DNA of 63,186 bases, filler included, from Octopus bimaculoides (lineage: Eukaryota), in the NCBI RefSeq assembly GCF_001194135.2. It is 4 parts of 4 records of this genome, joined end to end, with 100 filler letters (N's around TTAATTAATTAA, not from the genome) between each part and the next. Parts side by side here need not be neighbours in the genome. Positions count along the whole stretch, not along the records: positions 31,617 to 60,731 come from NC_069000.1; positions 60,832 to 63,186 come from NW_026439298.1; 2 more parts are not named here. The stretch is one strand, 5' to 3'. Below the pieces are notes generated by a model. It was not told the origin of the DNA. It made no database searches and worked only from the letters and a program-made list of their open reading frames with translations. Positions 51,887 through 63,186 of this stretch are shown here, piece after piece; position 1 is the stretch's first letter; each line of letters starts with the position of its first letter. A program made the position numbers and the translations under genes.

Positions 51887-52725
51887 TTAAACATTCATTA
51901 CTCTATGTCAGCAATGATTGGACAGGCCTGCTTGCTATTTGATATATCATCCCCCACACATCAGTCCTTTGTCATCTTCATTGTAACAATAATAATCCCG
52001 AAACCAGCCTCATCACTTCTTTACAACTCTGTGTTGGCTTTTATATGATGTGGGTACCTTCCATTAACATCAGAAGGAATCTGTTTTCATTCAGCAAGTA
52101 TTGTCCATTTGTTTCATGCCCATGTTAGATTTGTTTAGACATACTCTCTGAGTGGTTGGCATTAGGAAGGGCATCCAGCTGTAGAAACTCTGCCAAATTT
52201 AGATTGGAGCCTGGTGTTGCCATCCGGTTTCACCAGTCCTCAGTCAAGTCGTCCAACCCATGCTAGCATGGAAGGCGGACGTTAAACGATGATGATGATG
52301 ATGATGATGATACTCATTGTTACTTTTTAATGTCCAGCTGAATGCTCTTGTGCTCTATACTTCATATAAGTTGATATTGCTTATCCAACACATTTCCCTC
52401 AACACATTTCTCTTTAGACACCTGCATATTGTCAATTCTACAGTCTATGTCCATGTATTTTTACCGTTCAGCATCCCACTGATCACATTTATCCAAATGA
52501 GTACCAGTTATACATTATGTTCAGTTATATCCCTCCCCTAATGAGAAAGAGGATTCCAAGAAACAGTCACAGAAGTTCCCTCTGCTACCAAATTAACTGA
52601 AGAACATTTTAACTCGAGTATGAAACAGCCACCATCAACGAACAGACACATATGAGCCTTACTGAAGATAATGATGGTCACATCAGTACCTATATGTGCA
52701 GGTAAAACACACACACACACGCACG

Positions 52726-52791
<66 letters not shown>

Positions 52792-54748
52792 CACATGTTA
52801 TTTGAAGATTCACAGAGTTGGAATATTAAACATGTAACATATTTCCAGATCTAACCACAATTTAGTTTCACTTTTATTTATTTATTTTTTTTAATCTGTG
52901 GAGTTTTTTTTATGCAGTATATAACATTCAGAACCCAGTATACTAGGGTATTTGGAGAATTTATTGATTTCTGAAATATGCACAAAGCCATACATTTTTT
53001 GGGGAAAGTTTGGTTGATTAAATCAATGTCAGAACTTGACTTCAGAAGGATAAAAAGTGATGTTAACTTCAGCAACATTCAAAACTTACATTATCTCTTA
53101 GGTGTCGAAAGTGCATTTAGACTAAGTATTTTCTTCAGTATTATGCTGAAAAATAAAATGTTCATTAAAAGAAAGAGAATATTTGTAATGAATAATATAA
53201 ACATTGGTTGAAAACACAGACTTCATTTTCATCTCCTCACCCACCCATTTCTTACAAAATAACTAAATATCATATTTGATGGCATAAAAGACCCATGGGA
53301 ACATTAGATACACCCCAATTTCAGCAGCACATATTTGGGGAAAATGTTTTTAGTGCATTAAAGCATTGAATACTTAAAGGAATCTCTAAGGTGGCTAGCT
53401 GGCAGAATTGTTAGCACACCTGGAAAAATGTTTTGCAGCATTTCGTTTGTCTTTACATTCTGAGTTCAAATTCTGCTGAGGTCAACTTTGTCTTTCATCC
53501 TCTCAGAGTTTATAAAGTAGGTACCCTTTGAGCACTGGGGTTGACCTAATCAACTTAGCCCCCACCCTCCCCTGAAATTGCTGGCCTTGTGCCAAAATTT
53601 GAAACCAGTATTTAAAGTGATTTAACAGTGCCTCACAAAACATTACAAAAGTACCTTAGCCATTCCATTGTTATGATAATTCCTTTTACAGCACAAGTAG
53701 TAATATTGATGTTTAAGTAAATATCATTATTATGAAATCAGGCTAGAAAAGATTATCTGGATTAAAACTAGCCTGAAACTAGTAATGAGTGACAGGGACA
53801 AAATTGGCAAAATGAGCTTATGGAAGGCCCAATTTTGCATGTAGCAGCTGGGGTGAATTCTTGAGACAATTTTTGGGAACTAAAAAAAAAAAAAAGTGCC
53901 TTATATACCATCAAATATAGCATCTAGTATATCTTGGACCCAATCAGTCAGCCCGATCTTGACTCCAAGCCAATGATAACGGCTAACACTGAAATAAATG
54001 TTTACCTAGTTATCCCTAGCTCCAAATTATCTTTATTATGAAAGATATGAAAAATCTATTTTAGAAATCAAGCTATTCTGCTTTTCTAAGTAACACTGTC
54101 ATGTATTGCATCAACCAAGAGTTTAAACACACAATGCTTGTGTTGCATTTCTATGTTGTAGTCATCCAGGCTTACAATACAGACAAATCCTTCCATAACT
54201 CTATATGTGCACCTGTGTGTCTATAGTTACTGTAGCTTATTCCCAGGTCTACTGTGATTGTGTGAGCCTGTGATCAAAGACATTTCAGCCATGACTATCC
54301 TATCATTCATTTAGACATAATGTATCTAAGATTACATTATATAATGTCTCCTTTTTATTAAGAGCCTGTACTCAAGTGGAATCAAACCATATATAACACA
54401 CTGATAGTCTGTACATAGCAGCTGAAGCAGGGTATCATTGATGTTTTAGGTCATCAGCTGACCATTTATTCCTGTAGGTTAGTTGCACTTAGTTTATTCA
54501 TGTCTGCCAAAATGGTAGGCCATTTGCACTTATACTTTGAACCTACTTATACTAATGTGTGCATGGAAATGTGTGTGTATATGTGTGTGTGTATGTGTGT
54601 GAAGGAGTGATTTTATTTATATGTATATATGTGTTTGTGTGTGTTTATATTTATACACACACACACACACACACACACCTAATCACATTCATGCATACAT
54701 TTATATATATGCATATATATATATATGGGTGTATATGTCTATATATAC

Positions 54749-54793
<45 letters not shown>

Positions 54794-55912
54794 TATGTTT
54801 GTGCATGTATATGTGTATATGTATATGTGTGTACGTGTGTGTGTGTGTATGTGTGTGTGTGTTTGTGTATGTGTATTGATATCAGTATGTAAGATCTGAA
54901 ACAAGACAAGTTATAATGTCTATTTTACTTGTATTATTGTCTTGGCAGTTAATTTGTAGTTTTCACCAAGCTATAATTCCAGTCTAAATTCACTTACACA
55001 CGTCAGTGGCGATTGTTATTGATTAGTCTGAGGTTCGACACAACACTCCATCTATGTGTGTTTGTTATTTCGAATTCTCTTGTGGTGCTTTTCTACGCAA
55101 GCTAGCCATGTATGACTCTCTGATACATTAATGGGCTAACAATGGCTTAGCGCGACTAGCTAAAACTATCAAGATTTGATTTATTTGAAAACAATCTTGT
55201 GTCTAAATAGATTTCAGCACGTGTGTGTCTGTCTGTGATAATGTATATATGTAGTATACAGACACGTAATTGAAGTTCAGATCTTCATTACAGTTTTTTT
55301 AGGTTAAATACATGAGAAATTATTAGATACTTAGATGTTCAGCCCTTCCCTTTTCTATTGACAAGTGTGGGTTGTATGATCAGGAGATGTTTATTTTTGC
55401 TATGCTAATTGTTAAGAAGAGGAGAAGAGGTTGGTGATCAAATAAAGCATCTGAAAGAAGGGAAAAAAACCCAAATCAACACGCGCACATGCACACATGA
55501 ATGTTTTGTCGTACACATCTTTCACGTTCACCTACATACCTAGTATTTCCAACATAGCTTTTGGTCAACCCAGACCTTGTGTATTTCATTGAGGGAAACT
55601 GGAAATTTGTCAGCTGGACTGTGTCAAAGATTTAAGTGCCGATGGACTGGCTTCTGTGCAGGTGGCACGTAAAATACACCATTTCGAGTGTGGCTGTCGC
55701 CAGTACAGCCTGACTGACCCTCGTGCCAGTGGCACGTAAAAGCACTCACTACACTCTTGGAGTGGTTGGCGTTAGGAAGGGCATCCAGCTGTAGAAGCTG
55801 TAGATTGGAGCCTGGTGTCGCCTCCTGGTCCACCAATCCTCAGTCAAATCATCCAACCCATGCTAGCATGGAAAGCGGATGTTAAACGACGATGATGATG
55901 ATGATGTCCATC

Positions 55913-56339
55913 CAGCACTGGATTAACCATTAAGCAAAATAAGCATGTGCTAAGGGCATCAAGGGAAGGAGGGGGCACCACAGAAATGATAAATGGTTTA
56001 TGGCACTAAAGAAATCATTTTAAACTTGCTAAAATAGTATTCGAAGTGGTTTATATGGTCAGAAATATAATTTCAAAGTGTTCGTGGTGTCATAGTGAGG
56101 ATCTGATCAAAGTCTTTTGCTATTAGAAAATGTAGGAGAAAACTTTTGAAATATAAATAAAGTGGAAGTATAGAAAAAGTAAACTTTATTTTCTATCTTG
56201 CTGTTAGTTTTGTTCCATTTTGAAAAATAAAAAAAATTATTTTATGGTTTATTATTGTTTATATTTTGACTCACATATATATAGAGGCACTGAAATCTTT
56301 TGAGTGCTTAGGGCCTCTATGGGTTTTAATCTGGCCCTG
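55913..56339. mobile_element. Probable old MITE
   Basis: Imperfect TIRs cagcactggattaacc versus (reverse complement) cagggccagattaaaacc. Confidence 0.4.
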
Positions 56340-56801
56340 TGACCATCCTAGGTCCTATATGCAAAGTTTGACTTCCTATAATCTTTAATGAACTAAAAAC
56401 TTATCCCTGAATATGCATTACTGAAATCGGATATGTCTGACACTTGTCTTTATGCTTTCAAATACGATAATCTGTCACACATTTTAATGCCACCACCTGG
56501 CCCTTTGGAAGTCTTTAGGAGAGTCCGCTCTGTTGCAAGTATTTGGACTTGGTGTCTGATGTGAAAATAATCCTTAGGGTGTGCTTTCTGTCCTATCTTT
56601 CCTTTACCAGTCTCATTATCTATTTTGAAGCAGAGGTTTTGGTAAATTTTTATCAGTGTGTGAAGCAGGACAAACTATTTCAGTAAACAAAGATAATCCT
56701 ATATATTATAAACCATGTACACATAGAAGCAGACCTATAATCTAGGCATCCAATCAAGCCATGACCATTCCTTCTCTTTTAAAATATTGACTCCTGTAGT
56801 C

Positions 56802-56835
<34 letters not shown>

Positions 56836-58778
56836 ATATAGATACACATACATGTGTACATTTTATCCATAAACCTTAGTCTGACAAAATATATTTTGTC
56901 AAACTAGCAATTACAGATAAAATTTTTATTCACTCAGACTTATCCTTGAGTCCTTTATTCTAAGTGACCAAACATAACTTCTTTGAACTTGTCATATCCT
57001 GGAATATATATGTGTGTGTTGGCATCCGTGCTAGTGGAGCGCTAAGAGCACCATCCGAGCGTGATCATTGCCAGGGCCGCTGACTGGCACCCCCGTGTCG
57101 GTGGCACATAAAAAGCACCATTTGAGCGTGATTGTTACCAGCGTCGCCTTACTGGCACTTGTGCCGATGGTACATGAAAAACAACATTCAAGCAAGGGCG
57201 TTGCCAGTGCTGCTGGACTGGCTTCTGTGCAGGTGACACGTAAAAATACCATTTGAGCGTGGCCATTGCCAGGACTGCCTGACTGGCCCTCTGCCGGTAG
57301 CACGTAAAAGCACCCACTACACTCTCGGAGTGGTTGGTGTTAGGAAGGGCATTCAGCTGTAGAAACTCTGCCAGATCAGATTGGAGCCTGGTGCTGCCAT
57401 CTGGCTTACCAGTCCCCAGTCAAACCATCCAACCCATGCCAGCATAGAAAGCGGACATTAAGCAATGATGATGATGATATATATATATAACAGAGCTAAT
57501 AGTGAAGGATTATCAATACTTCATAAGCTCTCTGTTGGTACACCAGGCTAACATTATTGTTTAGATTAGTGAAGAACTCCAAGTATTCTTATGGCAAGGC
57601 CCGAAGGTTATGGTTCATCATAATTCTATATTATAAATCCATGGTTGGGCTCCAGACAAACTGGTTTTTACACGGATGATAAGACAAGATATATATAATA
57701 GTCATTACATATTTTTTCTTTATTAGAGCAAATTTGGCTTACAGCTGTTTCCAGTAGTTATGATAGCTACATTACTGATAGGTTTACTCAATTGCCCTAT
57801 TGATCAGTTCATAAAGATTGAATGATCTAAAAGAATTAATGCTACTTTCATCAGAGCTAACCCAAATCTGCTCTGATAAAGGGAAAAAAATGTAATGACC
57901 TTTATTTATACCTTGTCTTATATATCAGGTTGAGTAAAAAGTAAGCAGCAAACTATGAAAAATTTGTACCAAAGACTTCTTCAGCTCCAGAACTCCGGAT
58001 TTTTATGTCACCTGAATAAACAAACTTGTAAGTTGGCAAAAATGTGTTGACCGTGATGGTACTTACTTTGAAGAATAAACTTTCTGCATTGTTGAAATGT
58101 ATTGTGATGAATATCATGATTCCAAACGTTGCTTACTTTTTACTCAGCCTGATACACACACAAACACACATTCTATGTGTTCTTTCTTTTTTAACACACA
58201 ATTTGGATGCTATTTCTATTAGTTCAAGCAACCATATTAGAGTTCCTCAGAGTTGTCAATTTTGTTATCATTGCTAGCACTTACATAGTATTGGATCATC
58301 AAAATTAATAAAGACATAACACCGAAAAAGATATAATCAACCATATTGAAAATCATATGATTTCATTTGTTGACATCAGCAATCATTAGTGTGTAGTTAA
58401 TTGCATACCTAAATGAATACTTTTATTTAAAACTAGCAATGTATTTTTAGATTATTGTTCAATACCAAATAACTGATGCATTGCAGACTTTATCTGTGGA
58501 ATATCAACCATCACTGCATAATTAGACAGATGTAAATGCTTTATCTGTTGATATAGAATACATTGGTAGACAGAAAAAGAAGTCAGTTGGACTAGTTTGA
58601 ATCCTGCTTTGGGATTTCATCAATGACTGCGTTGCCTTTATAACTGTTTGTAGAAGTATTGCTTATAAAGCTGCTATAATTAAGTGCTTGAATAAGATGG
58701 TGTTCTGGCAGTCATTAGCATGCCAAGCAAAATGCTTAGCAGCATTTTGTCTGTTTTTACATTTTTAGTTCATATTCA

Positions 58779-59453
58779 GGAGGGTTGGCTGAACCAGTGG
58801 AAATGCTATGTGATGAGGTGGAAATGGTGAGAGGGTTTTGTTATTTGGGAGAGATGGTGGATGTGAAGCAGCTGTGATGGCAAGAGTGAGACTTGGCTGG
58901 GTGAAGTTCAGGGAATGTGGAGCATTGTTATATGGGAAAAGGTTCTCACTGAAGACGAAAGGAAAGGTCTATAGGAGTTGTGTGAGAGCTGCAATGCTGT
59001 ATGGGAGTGAGACATGGTGTCTGAGGGAGAGAGAGATGGCAATTTTGAGAAGGACCAAGAGAGCAATAGTGAGAGAAATGTGTGGTGTGAAGCTGTTTGA
59101 TAAGAGGAGGACTGAGGATTTGATGGGGATGCTGGGGTTGGAGGAATCAGTGGAACGGCTGGCAAGGGTGAATGGAGTGCGATGATATGAGCATGTGTTG
59201 AGGAGGGATGAGGAGAATGTTCTGAGGAGGGTGCTTGAGTTTGAGGTAAATGGAGTATGAAAGCGAGGTAGACTGAGGAAAAGGTGGAGGGGACAGGTGG
59301 AGAAGGAGATTGGGAGGGTTGGCTTGAGAAGAGAGAACACCCAAAACAGAGCAAGATGGTGTGAGGGCAGTTGCTATGGCATTGAGGTAGATCTGGCCAC
59401 CCCTGTTAACGGAGACAAAACCTGGATTTCAAACACAGGATGATGATGATGAT
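58779..59453 (+). mobile_element. 5'-truncated RTE-clade LINE (RT C-terminus plus (GAT)n tail)
   Basis: FCYLG..GGCEAAVMARVRLGWVKFRE...KGKVYRSCVRAAMLYGSETW...EHVLRRDEENVLRRVLEFEV...RGRLRKRW; tail gatgatgatgatgat. Confidence 0.9.
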
Positions 59454-60225
59454 TCCACCTAGGTCAACTTTGCTTTGGTCCTTTTGGAGTTGATAAAATA
59501 AGTACCAGTTGAACACTGGGATCAATGTAATTGATTAGCCCCTCCTCCAAAATTGCTGACCTTGTAAAAAAAATTTAGGATTATTATCAAATGCTTGAGT
59601 AACATTGACTTGACCGATTTGCACATGTAATACATTTTAGCAGCTACTTCAATTAATACTGGTGCATTGTTTTAATATATTATTGGTTTTGGTTTAAACT
59701 GCATCTGGTGGTAGGGTCCTGGTTCTGGAGTTCCATGATTTTGAGGAGTGTGGAACCACCTCTTAGTAGCTAGTGTTCCCAGGTTTAATCTAGCCCTGAG
59801 TAGTAGCACCTGTCAAGGTCCCAGCTATGTGTTAACTAGCATGTAACATACAAAGCAGGGTACAGGATGCAGCATGGTGAATGTGAACTATTTTGGCAAA
59901 TGAAGTTATTGAACTGATGATAAATATTTGCTAGATGCTGAGCAAACGAACAAGCAACAAACTGTCAATGGCTAAATAAACCAGTTCAGTTAGTGAACAA
60001 CTGCTATTACCTGTTCTCGTTGTGTGCGCAGATGAGGTATTTCTGCTAGTCTAAAGCATCACTCAATTGGGACAGCTGGTGTGGAAGATTTGCATTGGTC
60101 CAAGAAAGTCACCTGACTAGATGATGATGTACATCAGTGATTCTCAGCCACTTTTTTTTATCTATGGACTCCTTTTAATTACTCTTTTATTCTGGTGGGC
60201 CCCATAGCTATTCAATGTTTAAAAC

Positions 60226-60293
<68 letters not shown>

Positions 60294-60311
60294 NNNNNNN
60301 NNNATCTATCT

Positions 60312-60380
<69 letters not shown>

Positions 60381-60383
<3 letters not shown>

Positions 60384-60730
60384 GTATGGCTGTGTAATAA
60401 GAAGCTTGCTTCTCAACCACATGTTTCCAGGTTCAGACCTTCTGCATGGGACCTTGGCCAAGTGTCTTCTACTATAGCCTTGGGCCGACCAAATATATTT
60501 ATTTGTGTGTGTTTATGTCTGTGTTTGCTCCCCACCACCCCGTCACTTGACAACTGATTTTGGTGTGTTTACGTTCCCATAACTTAGTGGTTCGGCAGAA
60601 GAGTCTGATAGAATAAGCACCAGGCTTACAAAGAATAAGTCCAGGGGTTGATTTCTTTGACTAAAAAGTGGTGCTCCAGCATGGCCACAGTCAATTGACT
60701 GAAACAAGTAAAAGAATAAAAAAAAGAATA
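60381..60730 (+). mobile_element. tRNA-derived SINE family B, near full length
   Basis: Head ggtatggctgtgtaataagaagcttgct...ggttcagacc, body, and end gactgaaacaagtaaaagaataaa. Confidence 0.8.
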
Positions 60731-60829
60731 TNNNNNNNNNNNNNNNNNNNNNNNNNNNNNNNNNNNNNNNNNNNNTTAATTAATTAANNNNNNNNNNNNN
60801 NNNNNNNNNNNNNNNNNNNNNNNNNNNNN

Positions 60830-63186
60830 NNATATATAAAGATAGACAGATAGATAAATTAAGAAATGGAGTTAAATGTAGGTGTTATTCAAATCTTTAT
60901 ACTTCCGACATATGTTTCGAAGATAACATTGATATTATTCTAGAGGGAATAAAATTATGTAAAACAATGCAATCATCTCATCAGGGAAAAGGAGAGAAAC
61001 AAAGCACATCAATAAGCCATTTTAACCAAATGTGATTACTTCATATATGATGAAGGGGAATACTAGCAAGTTATTTTTTTAAAAAACCATTAATAGATTT
61101 AACATCAAACGCATTTTAGAGAAGGTGAAGGAGGAGAATGAAAAATTAACAGAAAATTATGAGTGGAGAAATATAGTGTGATAGATGAATGGGAATAAAG
61201 CTTAAAAGTGTGGAAATAGATATATGTAGTGGAAATGAAATGTAAGAAGACAGTTAAAGATCAAATTTTATAGATTGGTAAAAATTAGTAATAGGAACTA
61301 AAGGTATGTTTTTGCCAATGTATGCATTGATAAACACATTATTTAAACATGTTCACAAGAAAATTCTCCGAGAACAGAATGAGATATTGTTCTTCGTTAC
61401 AGAGTAGATAAAAAGATTTCCCTTTATCATATGGAAAGGAAATAGATAGAATATTCCATTCCAAATCAAATTGTTTATTATGTTATTATCTTTAAAAGTC
61501 CTAGATTTATTTTTATTATGTATAAAGGGACTTAAAGAACAGTTGTCTACCTTATGCTGCAAAATTACATTTTTCAATTTAGTGTTGTTGTTCGAACTAA
61601 AATTTATGCTGTTATTACTGTTGTGATGTGTTTTCATGTCCTGATTGAAGAGGTAGAATTAATGTCAATATACCGACCAAATCAGCCAATTGTGCCGAGT
61701 CAGAACTTCCCATCGTGACATCAAAACTGTCAGGCATATCTTTATGGACCTTCAGCTTGTTTTCAAATTCAATGATTGATTTTCTGGCAGCTAACATCAC
61801 GTTAATTTCATCCCTGGTGAGACCTGCTTTGTTGTGTGTGAACCAGAGTGCTTTTTTGAATACAATTAGGTTAATAGAGGAATAGTAACTAGAAATGTCA
61901 AACTGGATAAACTTAGTGCAAAAATATTCTAGATAAATATATTCCTACTTTAGTTAAAAGATTAAAGCTTAATTTATGGTCTAATTCGTTCCAAGTGGTC
62001 GACTGGTTTAATTCAATTAATAGCAAGAGGTGCACTGACATTTCTAGTTACTATTCCTCTACTTACCCAATTTTTAACTGAAGTAGGAATATATCTATCT
62101 AGAATATTTTTGCTAAGAATAAATATATTCTGACTTTAGTTAAAGAATTAAAGCTTAATTTATGGTCTAATTCATTCCAAGTGGTCTATTAATAACAAGA
62201 AGTGCACTAAGTTTATCCAGTTAGAAAATTTAGTTAGAAATATTTCACTTAGACTTTCTAGATTATCTGCCAATGTTGATATATTCAACGATAAAGCCAA
62301 ATTTTATAACTCTACCTTACTTAAAGCAGGCTATAAAGAAAAATTTACCTACATTAACCCTATTGACATTAATACTACCTCTATTAATCAGGACATGAAA
62401 ACATGTCATAATGGTAATAATATAAATTTTAGTTCAAATAACAACACTGAATTGAAAAATGTAATTTTGCAGCATAAGTCGCTTTATACGTAATAAAAAT
62501 AAATCTAGGACTTTTAAATATAATTACTCTAATAATAACAAGGTATGTCCTAGTAAAACTGTTTGGTTGATAATTCTATATGGTAAGCAGATCAAATCCA
62601 ACCTCCCTTACCAGTTTCGTGAAGCTATAAGAATTTCCCAAAAAATTCAAGATACCATTCCATTATCAATTTACAACAAATTAAAATGGGGTTTTCAAAC
62701 ACCAAAAACCTTTCATAAATCATCTCTTCACATAACAATAAGTTGTTAAATATAAATCCACTTAATGAAAATCATAACATGGATATTATTAACACAAACC
62801 ATTCTTTGAACAATAATAACAACAATAATAGTATTTCTAATATAAATTTGAATCATATTCGTTTCCTAAGACTAGAAACTCTGTCAATGTAAAATTTATT
62901 CAAGTTCTGATGTCTTTTTTCACATAGGTAGTTTTTCATCTCAGTTGTCAAAAAAATATCTAACCATAACTCTACATTTAGACATATCAATAAACAATAC
63001 TGGGTAAATTAATTTGATCTCTAAAGGAACATAATAAACAATTTGATTTCACAAAAACATTTCACTTAATCCTGGTAACTATTTATTTTTTCCACGTTAT
63101 TTGTACACATTGAAAAAATACACATATATTTTCTCTGCTGACATACTACGACAAAGTCTCCAAGATGCAGATAAGATAGAGATTTT
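60830..63186. mobile_element. Rearranged, decayed Penelope-like element with segments on both strands
   Basis: Minus strand: KFIQFDISSYYSSI, KALWF...VMLAARKSII...FDVTMGSSDSAQLADLVGI (RT) and FDLEWNILSISFPY...LLCNEEQYLIL...CIHWQK (PLE endonuclease C-terminal pattern). Plus strand: LKLNLWSNSFQVVDWFNSI, RLSRLSANVDIFNDKAKFYNSTLLKAGY and YGKQIKSNL. Confidence 0.82.
60902..60989 (-). ncRNA. Type I hammerhead ribozyme in the PLE 3' region
   Basis: Minus strand: UUUCC-CUGAUGA-GAUGAUUGCAUUG...CAAUGUUAUCUUC-GAAA-C-AUAU-GUC^GGAAG. Full core, 5-bp stem I, 11 of 13 pairs in stem II, palindromic stem III (ACAUAUGU), GUC cleavage triplet. Confidence 0.82.

Noticed and set aside
52538-52705. Minus-strand GTSVTVSWNP as a fibronectin type III exon
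   Set aside because: A stop follows within three codons, there is no donor site, and the rest of the domain is absent

Overview
This is AT-rich eukaryotic DNA from a draft assembly. It is dense in microsatellites, has many N gaps, and contains three artificial TTAATTAATTAA linkers. The repeat content (three tRNA-headed SINE families, RTE-clade LINE pieces with (GAT)n tails, mariner and hAT MITEs, Helitrons) resembles what I recall of a cephalopod (Octopus-like) genome; that assignment is inference. No intact, nameable protein-coding gene was found, and most long ORFs in the track are microsatellite or N-gap artefacts. Recognisable coding remnants are all transposon-derived: a decayed Ty3/Gypsy element with both LTRs (18.8-21.7 kb), mariner transposase pieces, a Helitron helicase C-terminus, RTE LINE fragments and two Penelope-like elements (PLEs). 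The strongest result is a structurally complete type I hammerhead ribozyme on the minus strand (60902-60989) in the 3' region of an internally scrambled PLE. A non-repetitive CpG-rich island at about 28.4-30.2 kb with a candidate first coding exon, and a few phase-compatible candidate exons at 36-39 kb, suggest an unidentified host gene. All alignments and translations were done by eye.
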